Made by a program: the position numbers and the translations under genes
NCBI GenBank assembly: GCA_964035575.1
Contig: OZ037839.1
Span: forward strand, 744,001-808,000
DNA from: Rhynchopus sp. YZ270_cl-10
Taxonomy: Eukaryota
Reading direction: 5' to 3'
Length of the DNA stretch: 64,000 nt
The notes under the pieces: model-generated
What the model saw: the letters and a program-made list of their open reading frames with translations, nothing else
The model's database searches: none
What the model was told of the DNA's origin: nothing
Part shown: piece by piece, positions 1 through 12,900 of the stretch
Position numbering within the stretch: the first letter of the stretch is position 1
Layout of the letters: every line of letters begins with the position of its first letter

Positions 1-652
1 TGAAATGAAAATTTGGATGAAAAAAACACAGATGTTGTGAAGATTTGTGAAGAGTTGTGAACAGTTGTGAAGAGTTGTGAATTGGAGGGAAAAAAAGGGG
101 GGTGTTTTTTTCCAGGGTTTTTTGCAGGACTGGTCAGGTAAAGTGTGCTGTGCAGAGGGCTAGCTAGCCTGGGTCAAGCTGGCCGTACCACCCCACCCCC
201 TGTGCGGAGGAGGACGACGGAAGTCCGCGGCGTGTTCGTTTGTTGCCTTTTTTTTTTTCAACATGTTCGCAACTCTCAAGAAAGTAGCGTACCGTGCGCC
301 TGCGACGCAGCTAAAAATTACGAGCGGTAGCCCACAGCTCTACCCGAAATGTTGCGTACTGTGGCTTCGCTAGAAAAGTTTTGTACCAGTGGCACTACCA
401 CTTTTTCCCCTGTTTTTTGTACCGTTTTACTCAAAACACAGCTGGGCACAACTAGCACCATACTCACCTAAACTATGCCTATATTAGGCACAATTTCAGC
501 ACACTTTCAGCACAAGTACACACACGTACACGTTGGGGCCATATTCTGAGCAAGAATTACCCCCACTAGTTATCAAACACACGTACACACAATCAACCAC
601 AATTACACCTAAGTTGCTCTGGGGAAAAAAATGGTACACCACCCGACAGGAC

Positions 653-1107
653 TACTGTACTGTACTGTACTGTACTGTACTGTACTGTACTGTACTGTAC
701 TGTACTGTACTGTACTGTACTGTACTGTACTGTACTGTACTGTACTGTACTGTACTGTACTGTACTGTACTGTACTGTACTGTACTGTACTGTACTGTAC
801 TGTACTGTACTGTACTGTACTGTACTGTACTGTACTGTACTGTACTGTACTGTACTGTACTGTACTGTACTGTACTGTACTGTACTGTACTGTACTGTAC
901 TGTACTGTACTGTACTGTACTGTACTGTACTGTACTGTACTGTACTGTACTGTACTGTACTGTACTGTACTGTACTGTACTGTACTGTACTGTACTGTAC
1001 TGTACTGTACTGTACTGTACTGTACTGTACTGTACTGTACTGTACTGTACTGTACTGTACTGTACTGTACTGTACTGTACTGTACTGTACTGTACTGTAC
1101 TGTACTG
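653..1107. repeat. (TACTG)n pentanucleotide microsatellite, ~91 copies
   Basis: Perfect tandem repeat read directly; source of the spurious YCTVL/STVQY ORFs. Confidence 0.99.
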
Positions 1108-1734
1108 CCGAATGCTCTAATTAGAGTCTGATTAGAGCGCAATGCATATTTAACCGGTGTTTAAAAACAAGGAGCCAGACAGTTCACCTTCGGGCATAAG
1201 GCGTGCCCCGGCATATCGTTTTGATCCCGTTAACTACGGTGCCACAGTTGGCCCAGCTGGTCACTTTATTCCCAGGAAGTAAAAAAACCGTGAATGAGGG
1301 AGCGATAAATAAGGGTAACTGAAGGGGGAAATTGAATTTTGATGAGCCCAAAAACATGGTTTTCTGGTCCCGTTGTCAAAATCTCTGCCCACACCCACTC
1401 CCCGAGAGAACCAACAATTCTCTAGCTGACTTCTTTGATAATCCCCACCAAAAAGGCGGATAAGACGAAAGGAGACGAAGTAACCGCCAAGGACTCACCA
1501 GTGCGTCGATCCATCATGTGTGAGAGATGCAAAACAACCACCGCCATAATGGAATTAACCTGTAGGTTAACCTCACACAGGACAGTCTCGTCGCCCACAA
1601 AGGTCAATAATACACTCCGGATTTTGGGGACAATTTTTGACCGAAAATGGGCCGCCTATTAGTGACCGGGCTCATATTTTCCGAAATTTAAGAGGTCATA
1701 AAATTGTCCAATTTTCAACGTCGGCCCCACCACT

Positions 1735-2588
1735 CATACTTGGACCGCCCGAAATATATTTCGGGCATTTCGGGTGATTTCGGGCGGATTAGGGGCGGAT
1801 TTCGGGCGATTTTGTGCGCCCGAATTTGCCCGAAAACGCCCGAAATGCAGATTTCGGGCGGATTCGGGCCCTTTTTCCTTAGTGAAAACCGACTAGGTAG
1901 GGTTCTATTCATTTTTGCAAAAAACTTTTTATATTTGGACATATTTGATGTCAAATCTGTCAAAATAAGCAAGAATCGAAAACTTTTGTACACCTGAGTG
2001 CACTTTGGGAATCACCACCAAATCACGGGTTTTCTGACTATCATTTGCTTATTCCCACCCAAAACACACTATGAACCGGGGTTTCACCATTTTTTCGTAT
2101 TTCAGGGTGAATTTTTGTGAATTTTCGGGTCACAGGGTGGTTCTGACCCATTCTCGGGGTGTTTCGGGACTGTAGTTGCTCAGGAGATGCCCAAAAACGT
2201 GAAAAATCGCCTTTTTACGTTTTTAGTAGTATTTTAGTGTCAATTGTTAGGGAAATCGGTTTTATACGTGGCTGCTAACAGAGCTGCACTCATATAAGTT
2301 GGGTTCTACTAGGACTTTTTGCTCAATTTTTTTTTCTTTGAGCAAATTTTGTGCCAATCTTTCAAATAAAGCGTAAGATTTTTACACTGGTGGCATGCTT
2401 CCCAGCACACATAAGATACTCCAGTGCACCAATTGTGCGCCCGAATTCGCCCGAATTACGTATAAATTCCCTTTAAATTCCCTTTAAAACGCCCGAAATA
2501 TATTTCGGGCACATTTCGGGCGCTCGGGACCCGCGCCCGAAAATCCGCCCGAATTCGCCCGAAATTTTTTTCGGGCGGTCCAAGTATG
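1735..2588. mobile_element. Non-autonomous DNA transposon with CATACTTGG termini and 6-bp TSD (ACCACT)
   Basis: TIR CATACTTGGACCGCCCGAAA / TTTCGGGCGGTCCAAGTATG; ACCACT at 1729-1734 and 2589-2594; the uninterrupted host repeat (ccccaccactgcacggg) is at 43081; subterminal GCCCGAA repeats; internal ~1895-2370 resembles ~50570-51050. Confidence 0.88.
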
Positions 2589-2814
2589 ACCACTGCACGG
2601 GGATCCCAAAAATGCAATCCAAGTCAAAAAGTTGAAAAAAAAAACACACCTAAAAACACATGGCCCAAGAATGGCCCAAAAGGGTCCAAATCGTCCCGTC
2701 AGCCGCACCATTTTAGGCACTTTTTGCACATAGAACCTCCTGTGTTGCCAACCAACGTCCTCCAAAAGGTGTCCTGTACCTACCTGTGCCCAGGCACCAC
2801 CCAGACTTCGCCAC

Positions 2815-3018
2815 TTCACAACTCTTCACAACTCTTCACAACTCTTCACAGCTCTTCACAACTCTTCACAACTCTTCACAACTCTTCACAACTCTTCACA
2901 ACTCTTCACAACTCTTCACAACTCTTCACAACTCTTCACATACACGTTTTTTGTGAAAATTTGTGAAGAGTTGTGAATAGTTGTGAAGAGTTGTGAAGAG
3001 TTGTGAAGAGTTGTGAAT
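2815..3018. repeat. (ACTCTTCACA)n decamer array followed by an inverted array (fold-back)
   Basis: 12 copies at 2821-2940, then ~6 reverse-complement copies at 2951-3018; same unit at ~35-81. Confidence 0.95.
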
Positions 3019-5506
3019 TGAAATGAAAATTTGTATTTTTCGATACCCCGGAACACACCAAAATTGATTTTTCTTTCTTTGGATAGATTTTGTGACAAAT
3101 CTTTCCAAAGAAGCAAAAATCAGTATATTTTGACACACCCTATCAGCCTCATCGACAGGAGGGTTTTAGTAAAAATACAGAAAAAAAATTTTGGGGGGGT
3201 CTACTATTTAGGGGGGGTCTACTATTCAACTTGGAAAAAAAAATTTTTTTTTCTGAGACCCCCGATTTATACCCGTCGGTTCGCCTAATAGTGGACCCGG
3301 GGTCTACTATTCGGCCCCCCCCAGTAATACATTAGAAAAAAAAAAACTCTGATTACTGTTTTGCTTCCGTATTAGTCTAAGGACAAAAATTATGTAAAAT
3401 TGTGGTGAAAACTGTACACACCTCGACCTGGTTTTGGTGAGGAGTGGCTTCTGCAGCGCGGTTCGTCCCCCCCAGAACCGCAAAAGTGTGTTCAAAAATG
3501 CTTTGTTTCTATTTCCTCCTTCACTGAGGTGACACAAAATGAGTAAGATATTCTTTCACAAAAAAAGAAAAAAAGGGGAATAGCAGATTTACCCTATAAG
3601 AAGATCTGACTATTCCCCAAAAGAAAAATACGACCCCCCAGCCTCAGCCTCTTGTGCAAAACCACAACCTTATCTGAGAATTGTTCTTGTGAAGGGGAAT
3701 TTGAAAAAGTTTGTTTCAACTTTGTTTTGTTTTTGTTTGTACAAGGGAAGCTGAATAGCGCAAACACCGTTCATCGGCGGATGCACTCATTTAAACAAAA
3801 TTGCAACAAAAGAGGGATAAAGAGGGGAGTTTTCTTTGGTTCTTCTTCTTTCATTTAAGGTACAGCCAAACCCTGGATACGAAAATCGCTTCTCCAATTT
3901 CTCAAAAAAAAAAAGAAAAAGAAAAAGAAAAAGAAAGAACAAGTATTAAAACACACACATTCACTGAAATGAATGCCTATGTTTAAAGTACATAAAAAGA
4001 AGAAGGAAAAAAATGTGCGATTTTTTTCACCCAAGATCGTACCCTGGGAAAGGCTGTTGAAAACTTTGTTTGATAACAGTGTAGACGCTCGATGTATGGG
4101 AGGGTGTGTGTTCTGACTGCAGTCAATATCACCCTAAAAAAACAAGCTAGTGACTACTCTAAGAAAGAGCGGGAAATTTAAATTTTTTCTGTCAATTACT
4201 CCCCCTTGAGATAGGTAATTGGGGCCCAAAATGCCAACCAGAAGAACAGAAAGGGGCTAGAATGTGTACAGACATTTTTTGCTTTTGATTTTTTTTTTTT
4301 TGATAAATTGTTGGAGTAGTGTAGTTGCCTCGGTTGTGTTGCCACAGTTTGTGCAATCTCCACTGTTTTTTTGTTGTTATCGACACAAATAGACTACCCT
4401 GAGGAGTAAGGTTCTGTACACAGCACGTCGCCCAAAAGGCATTCTTTCTCAAAGACATTTTGCTAAAGAGCATGGGAATGGACCCTCACGGGTACTGAAT
4501 AGGTAAGGTATTTTGTCAAAAAAGAGAAAAAAAAAAAAGAAAAAAAAAAGAGAAAAAAAACAGAAGAGCGTTAAATGGCCAGCACTTATACTTACTGCAC
4601 AACAAAAAAACCCTACCCAAAAGGAGAGTCCCCGAGGGGGAGAGTTGATGAAAAACATCTTTGAAAAAAATGGTTGGTTCTCTCTGTATTGCTTTTTGGC
4701 TTTTATTTTATTTTCTTTTTTTGCCAAAACAAAACATTTCAAGGAGTACCTGAGGGTGAGAGAAAAAAAGGGGTTAAAGAAGAGAGCGGTTGCAGGATAA
4801 GTGTTGCTCCTATCATGAAACCAATATGCCACCTTGCACACATGCTAGACTCCTTGGTCTGTATTTCTTCAAGATGGGTAGTTGAAGGTCGCTATGCATA
4901 ATCAGAAGGGGGGGATGTATTTGTGCAAATGAAAAATGTGTACACAACGGTAAAGTAAATGACTTTGATTATTGTGGTTTATACTATTGTAGTTTTGCAT
5001 AGCGAAAGAAGGGAGGTATAATAACCTGAAGCGCTCTCAGAGAGCGAACTTTGGGGAAGAGAGAGAGAGAGAGAGAGAAAGGGAGATCTAGGGAAGAATC
5101 AGTGTACCTGTTGGTTGTAGTTGTAGTTGAGTGAAGTCCTGCGAGGTCGAAAATCAAAATTATCGGGGGGAGTAGGGTGGGGTGCTGTCTTTTACGTACG
5201 GGGGGAGTGAGATCGGGGAAACGCAAAAACGAAAAAATTGTGGAAATTCTGCTTCGTGTTGTGTTTGTGTTCTCAATTCCCCTTCCAACCTTACTTGAGT
5301 AAGTGGCAAAAAGTAATAAAATAACCTCGGTTTCAAGCTCTTTCAAGATTCTGATAGATCCCTAGATCTCCCTAGACGTAGCAAAGCTACTTCACTAGTG
5401 ACTTTAAAAGAAAGAGAGAGAGAAAACGATCTTCAAAGTTTCTCTGTATTCCAAGGCAAAAAAGAAAAGAAAGATTTGTAAGGATGAATGTGCCTCTCTA
5501 TGTGCA

Positions 5507-5641
5507 AATTTTTTCTGTCACCTCCGGCTTCATCCCTTGAACAGAAGCGAGACCAAAAGGATCGTTAGGCCATGCTTTCACACCGAGGATCGGTACTGAA
5601 GATCATGTATCGAGCAAGCTTTTACCCGCTCTATGTGAGAT
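5507..5641 (-). pseudogene. Probably retroposed LSU (28S-type) rRNA fragment, domain V
   Basis: Reverse complement reads atctcacatagagc..gggtaaaagcttgctcgat..gtgaaagcatggcctaacgatccttt..gaggtgacagaaaa, conserved eukaryotic LSU sequence; flanked by direct repeat TGTGCA (5501-5506, 5642-5647). Confidence 0.8.
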
Positions 5642-6436
5642 TGTGCACACACACATCATTTACCACCATCGTTATCGCGCTTGGAATACGCTGGGTTTGA
5701 AGATAGGCTGTCTCTTCATCACAAAGACAGATATTCGGGGATGGTCTCGTCACCCCATTTGCTTGTTTGCAACATGACGTGATATAAAAAAAGAAAAAAA
5801 CCCCGTATCATGACAAGTGTACGTTTTGGTGTGAACAGAACAACAGGGGTGGACACCATGCTGTCCTGCATTCATTTCGTGGCTTTCATTCGAAAGATGG
5901 ATGCGGGTGGGGGGGGGGAGGTTTTTTTTTTCAACATGTTCTGGTGTTTTGCCCCCACAACGTAGGTGTTGATGTTGCTATTGTTTCTTAGAATTTATGT
6001 TCTTTCTTTTTGCAATAATATTATATTTTGTTTGGTGTGGCTGTGTTGCCGTTCTTCTGCGATACGCGAGATGGGGCATAGGGAAATGAGCCACAAGCAC
6101 TTCTTTATTTGAAATATTAGTAAAAAAAACAAATAATTGAAATACACACGACCAGGAGTCTGAAGACGACACTCCCCCCTTTTTAAACATTTCAGGCGTC
6201 CCAATGGTTCTGGCAGCTGTACGAATAGCATTTTTTCCTTCGCATACCTGCAGAAGATCAGAATAGGACGCGGCTGTAGATTATTTTTTCTACAGGGTGA
6301 AAGTTCCCCAGGGGGGGCGTGTCGTGTTAAGCCTGCTTTTGTTCTGGGTTGCATTTTTTTTTTTTTGGCGAAAAGGGGAAGGAATGGTGACCATGACCTA
6401 CAAAATGATTCGTTTATCGCAGGGGGTGCCACAAGG

Positions 6437-6791
6437 GGCTGTGATGGCAAATACGTGACTAACCCCTCACGTATCGCGTATTATACGCTATAATACGTAT
6501 AATACGTACGATGCGTATAAAAAGATCGGGTCTTTTGTTTGTGCGCTCAAAGCCGGGAAAACAAAAAGGTGAAAAAATGTGTTAAACTGAAGTACGGTTG
6601 TTGTGGTTAATTGAGTACTCAAAGAAAACAAGCAAGCTTCTGTTTTTTTCAATCCGTTTTGTTTGCCCTGCAGCGCTGCCTCCAATCTTTTTAGAATTGA
6701 CAACAAGTTGTTTTATCAAAAAAAACCGCTATGTCTCACGTATATTACATATTATACGTATCGCGTAAGATACATATTTGCCATCCCAGCC
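6437..6791. mobile_element. Degenerate MITE-like element
   Basis: Imperfect inverted ends ggctgtgatggcaaata / tatttgccatcccagcc with subterminal tatacg/tatcgcgta repeats; no clear TSD. Confidence 0.45.
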
Positions 6792-9483
6792 ACAGGGGAT
6801 CCCTATCTGGAACATTTCATCGTGAGACCTGTCGTCACGCCTTCCTTGGGTTGTAGGGATTTCAAAATATATTATTTTATGCACATTCTTTTCTAAAAAC
6901 GAAAAGAAGGCAAAGGATGGCAAAAAAATACAAAATAGAGAAGACTCGCAAGATGAATGTGCCGTGGACACACATCTTACAGGTTGGAAGGAAAAAAAGA
7001 AAAGATTCATACGATGAAGCTAAGCCTCTCTGTGCTTAGTCACCTTGATCTTGATTTTTGTTATTTTGACCTTGGTACATAACCGGTGTACCAGGGTGGA
7101 CCCCCCAACAAGCAGTTCTACATCCATTTCGTGGTTTGCATCTGAAATAAAAAGTGAAGTTGGTGGTGCAAACACCAACGCAGGCACTGACACTCCGCGG
7201 GTTTATAGAAACCCCCGGAGTGATCAGTGCCTGTCATATAAAATGAAACAAAAACAAAAACAAAACAATAAATTATTTCGTTCAAAAAAAGGGGGAGGGG
7301 AAATAGAACAAAAAATACTTCACACTAAAATCTAACTTGACAGGTTTGTAAACCCCTCCCACAAGGCACTGCACACTTCTGTTCTACCAATTTGGTCGAA
7401 AGGTAGAGTGGGCCTCAAATGGGAAATAAACAAAAAAAAAAAAAAGTGTCACTTCGTCGTTCCCTCACCACCCCTTTTTTGTAGTTGTTTGATGCGTTGA
7501 CGCTTCCACAGACACTATCTCCCACCTTGGGTGGTGTTGCGGAGAACAGTTGGGGGTGAGTGAAACGACGTGACACTGCGGAAAGTAGTGTGCGTAAAAA
7601 AAGGTAATTTTTTTTTTTCTTCTTTAGAATCTGATAATGGTCAGCCATCTACGCAAAATGTATCTGCACGCAGCGCTGTCACTCAATATCTCTGTTTCAT
7701 CTTTTTTTCTTTTCTTTTGACAATAAAATGAGGCTTTCATTTGTTTTTTTTTTTGTTACTTTTTGCATTGTGTTCTTGTTTTTTTTTTTTTTTGTTGTTT
7801 GTTTTTTTGCTTTTTTTGTTCTTTTTGTTTTCCTCGTTGAGGTTTTGTTTTTTTTTAATGAGGGGCAGAGTAGAAAAATATTTTTTGATATTTTTATTCT
7901 GCTGGAAGATTTGTAGTGATTGTTTCATACACATTCTTTTCTGACGAAAAGAAGGTATCGAGGGTGCTAAAAATGTACCCTTGCTTTTTTTGTAGTGAAA
8001 AAAAATCAATTGTTTTTCGTTCTATTTACGTGGGTCTTTTGAACAAAAAAATGGTGGTGAGGGGGAAAGATATGGGGGGGTTGTAAGAAAAGTTTTTTAA
8101 AAAAAGTGGACAAAAAGTGAAAAAAAGCTTCTGTTTTTGTCTTGTACTTTGTCACTCGGAAAGATATGGGGGGAAAGGGGCTATTCACAATCACTCTGTT
8201 TCTTTACAGTACGACCACCCTTTCACACAACCGTTATTTTTAGCAAAAAATAAAAAAAAGGTGTCACTTGTCGTTCCCTCACCCCCCTTCTTGTAGTTGT
8301 TTGATGCGTTGACGCTTCCACACACACTAAAAAATCACCTGTTGGGTGGTGGTGTTGCGGAGCACGGTTGGGTGAGTGAACGACGTGACACTTTCCGCTC
8401 ACAAAGTAGTGCGCGTAAAAAAAAAAAAAAAAAAAAAAAAAAAGGTGGTTTTTTTTGTGGTAATGTGTGAGAAATGGGGAGGTTTTTTTACTATTTTGCC
8501 TTTTTTGGTGCTGGCTCTCGACTAGTTGATCATGAGGGAGATCTACGTCGCCAGCTGTGAAGGTCAAATATACTGCCAAAATATGTAGACACAGGTCGTC
8601 TTGAACTCAAGAACGTATTTCTTTCTTTCTTTCTCTCTGAATAGTTTGCTCTGGTTTTTATGTTTTTTTTTTTGCCGAAAAAAGCATTTTTGTTTGATAT
8701 TTGCATTGGGTTAAATTTATGCCGAGCCATAAATAAAGTCTTGACTGTAGTATAACTAGCCTGCACCCTTTTTTTTCTTTTCTGAGAAATTTTCTCAACT
8801 TTTTAAAAAGATGAGACCCTTTTTTTTTTTTTTTGCTTTTTTGATAAATTGTTGGAGTGTAGTTGCCTCGGTTGTGTTGCCACAGTTGTGCAATCTCCAC
8901 TGTTTTTTTTCCCCCTCCCTTTGAGCCGGGAGTTTGAGCCCCCTTGTCACTCTTTTTTTATATACTCGGGCAGCATTCGCTAAGTTACTGGGAAGATCAA
9001 TCAGGCTGGCTTTTTTTGGGGGGGATGGGGGAACTTCGGTGAAAATCTTGAAGGGAGGTTTTTTGAAAAAAAAAAGGATAAAAAAATAATACAGGTTCAG
9101 GGCAATCCAGGAAAGCGCTGTCTCTTATAAGAAAAGAGGCAAACTTGATGACGTGAACGAACCCCCCCGAAGCCTTTCTGAGTCACCTCAAAACGGAAGA
9201 GAAAAAAAAAAAAGGAGAAATTAGAGATTCTTTGATCGCAACAAAAAAAGTTATGTTTTTTTTTTTTTGGTGTCCCTGATTTTTTTTTTCCCTTGTAATC
9301 AGGGCTTTTTCTAGGATTTCGGTTTTTCGATCTGGGGGATAAAAAATGGGCTGAAAAAAAAAAACCCCCCTATTTTTCTCTTCTAATTGGTGTGGCACGT
9401 TCAGCAGCTCTCTTGGTATACATGTGAACTGCATACGAAGTTACGAAGTGTTGTGTCGCACGGAAAACAGCGCATTGGTACTA

Positions 9484-9568
9484 CAGTCATCCAACAAACG
9501 TTGGTGGATTTGGGGTCTCGAAAAAATTTTGGTGGGTTTTTACCCCACCAACCTTTGTTGGATGACTG
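9484..9568. mobile_element. 85-bp Tc1/mariner-type MITE
   Basis: TA|CAGTCATCCAACAAAcGTTGGTGG ... CCACCAACcTTTGTTGGATGACTG|TA. Confidence 0.8.
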
Positions 9569-9622
9569 TACCTTAATACCACAATTTCACCACACCAATT
9601 TCTCCGAAAAATCTGATGGACA

Positions 9623-9903
9623 CACGACGATACTAGTACCGGCCATGATACAGGTGATCTTACTTGTAATATGATCTGCATTGTGATATATGACTAGTGA
9701 AAACGTATGACAGGTGACACCTGTCAGTATCACTAATACTTATTACCGTAATCGCAAAAAAAATTATCGACCGTACTACTGTTCGACCTTTTCAGGATTT
9801 TTCTGGAAGTTTGACCTTTTTTGCGGTCGAACATTTTTACGGCTACGGTACTAGTAATACCACCTGCCATGTCACCGCTCATGGCTATGACTAGTACGTC
9901 GTG
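9623..9903. mobile_element. Possible CAC...GTG MITE (CMC/EnSpm-like)
   Basis: cacgacgatactagt / actagtacgtcgtg inverted ends, CA on both flanks. Confidence 0.4.
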
Positions 9904-12900
9904 CAATGCTGCCCCCGACCCCCCCTAGAAAAAGCCCTGTTGTAAATACCTGAGACGGGGAGGTTCCTTGGACAGTTGTACTTTTTTTTGATTTTCATTT
10001 TCGTGCAATGTTGTCATCTGAGGTTGCTGTCGGGGGGATTGGGGGAGGTGGGGGGATATTTTTTTTTTTTGAAAAAATGAAAAAAAAAAAAACGGGAATA
10101 TAATGGCACAACAAAACTAAACGAAAAAACAAGAGGAGACAAAAATACAATAAACCGTAAACCCGAAAAATAGCTGATAGCAGAAAGAGGGGTAAGAGAA
10201 GAGGGGGGCGGTAACTGGCACAACGTTCTGTGGGCAAAATATGTTGCGCGTGACAACAATATTCTGACGCACAGAACTTTTTTTTAAAACTTTTTTTTTA
10301 CTTTTTTTCAGTGTGGAACGCGTCCTTTCACTGGCGAAGTGAGGACTTGCCTTGAGATGAGGTTCAATATCAAAATATTTTATGTACTTTCTCTCTAAAG
10401 CGACAGCATGCACTAGGCACTCGATACAGTCGCATTCTCGCACAATTTTGGTCTGGCGGGGGGGAAAAAAATCTGGCACAATTCTCGCTCATTCTCGCAC
10501 GATTCTCTCTGTGGCCATACGTGGAAAATGCACACCCACTGCCGGTCTCCCCTACCAAAATCCTCTCTCCGTGATGCGAGAATGATTCTCGCATGCGACT
10601 CGCATCGAGTGTATGTCTCGGGGGGGGTGGAACAATGCCATAAAACACACAAAAGAGTTGTGTTGAGACTAAAACGCAGCTCCGTCAGAGCTCATAAAAC
10701 CACCTGATTTTACCTCGAATTTTGGATGAGAGCTGAGTGTGGATTGGCAATGTTTAAATACCACTATACTCTGCCAAACACCTCTGAACTCCATCAAATT
10801 TCAAGAAAAAATGGGTTTTATGAACCATTGAATCAAATAGGTAGGGTTCTAGAAAGACACTGTGTACTGGATAATATACTGGGCACCTGCCGTCTGGGAG
10901 AAAGAAAATAACTTTTAAAAAAAAAGGTGTGACGAACTTCTTCATCAAAACAAAACAAAACAAAAAACAAAAAAAATCGAGTCTATTGTATACCACAATG
11001 GATCTTTTTATGGGATCTCATCTCAAATCTGATAAAACCAGGGGGGAACACTGGGTGGGGGTGACTTCGAACCATATTCTAATGCCGAGGAGTTTTTTTA
11101 TTTTTTTTTTAAATCTTCGCACACCGGAGGTGAAGTCAAAAAACTAAAAGCAAAGGCTCAAAGTCGCGTTGAGCTTTGACCGGGCACTTCGGACAAAGAT
11201 GTTTTTTTTGTTAAAAAAAAAATCAGTGTTATTTTCCAGGGAGGGCGAAAAAAGCCTCCTCTGTTCGTAGGCAAGTAGTATCTATGGGGGGGAGGGAAGG
11301 AGACTGTGTTCAGAACAAAGGCAGGAAGAAAAAGGAGTTGTTGTTTCATATACATTCTTTTTCTAATGAAAAGAAGGTACAGAGGGTGCTAAAGAAGTAC
11401 CCTTGCTTTTTTTATGTTTGTTGTGGGAAGAGAAAGGAGTAAAAAAAAAAAGAAAATTGAAGAAAACTTTAGAAAAAAAGAAGAAAAAAGCCAATCAAAT
11501 GCAACCTAAGACTCTATATTCTGAAAATCGGTCAGCCGACCGCTAACTGTTTGTGTCAGCGTGGGGCTGTCAATTTCTCTTCTATCTATTACGTGAGATT
11601 TGCTTTTGTGTCGACTGTGTGGTCTGACGTTAATAATTTAAAACAAAAAAAGGTCTGATAAAAAAGGAAAAAAAGGTTTTTTTTCGTTGCTCAATTATTG
11701 GTGATTGGGGTATATGATGAACTATTTCTCTTTTGAGCTACGCTTGTAGCTATAAAACAAAACAAAGCTGGACTAATTGAATCAATCCGAGAGAATGCAA
11801 ATGCTGTGTTGCATCACTGAATGTGTGCACGCCATCATTTAGTAGTGTCTGTACTCATTTTTTCGTCTTTTTTTTATTGAAAGGGTCTGCAATACCAGCA
11901 AGCAATACGTGGCCGGGCATGATGCGCTCAGCCAGCTTGCGCTGAACTGCAAATATTTCGAAGCTTTCACAACGAAACCAAGGTAGGTGAGGGGAGGAAA
12001 AACGAAAATGGGGCACAGAGACTTTATTTGTACTGCAACTTTTATTTTTCCCCCAGATAATTTGCTAGCTTATCAGTAGCTACATATTGGCACATTATAT
12101 AAGAAATCAAAAAAAAAAAAGGGGGGAGAAGATTTTGTAAGATGAACCTAAGCCTCTAAAATTGTCTTAGGAATCACTCAAAAAAAATTTTTTTTGGTTG
12201 AGTAAAAGGTAGGAGCGTGTCCTGTCACTGCTTTGAGTCGCTAATATTTAAAAAAAAAAGAGAAGTTGAAAGTGCAAACGCTTCACCGTTCATCGGCGGG
12301 CGCAAGGTACTACAAAAAAGGGTTGAAATGATTGTTTCATATACTATCTATTCTACTGAATAGAAGGTATAATAGGGTGCACTAAATGTACCCAAACTTT
12401 GCGGGGAAAAAAGGTTGAAACGATGAATAGCCCTAACGTGCATACACATCTTGACAGCCAAAGAGGAGAAAGAGAAACAAAGAAAAGTTTATAAGATGAA
12501 CCTAAGCCTCTCGTGCTTAGTCAAAAAAAAGGAGGGTTTAGAAACTTGGACTTAAAGTTAGATTCACTAAAGAAAAAAATACTTTAACTGACTACGTAAG
12601 GGTTAGGTGACCCTACTAAAAACACACACACATCTTAGAAAAGAAAGAAAACTCACAAATTCATATACTTTCAAATAAAATTTGAAAGCATTAGGGAAGT
12701 GTATAAAAAACAACAACAAAACTCAAAAAGCGCCTGTAAGGGCTGCTCCCGATTGATCTTCCCAGCAGCGGATGATGCTTGAGTATGTTTTTTTTCAAAA
12801 AACAAAAAAAAACTCAAAACTGAAAACTTGAAAAGAAAAAACAAGAGAAAGTGCAAACGCCTCACCGTTCGGCGGGCGCAGGCACTGACAAAAAAAAAAA

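Noticed and set aside
533..1142. YCTVL/STVQY repeat ORFs (and similar ORFs at 2586-3138, 19493-20258, 36114-36545)
   Set aside because: Translations of simple tandem repeats
6950..6985. H2 hairpins as H/ACA snoRNAs
   Set aside because: About 30 nt is too short, and the ACA is not conserved across copies
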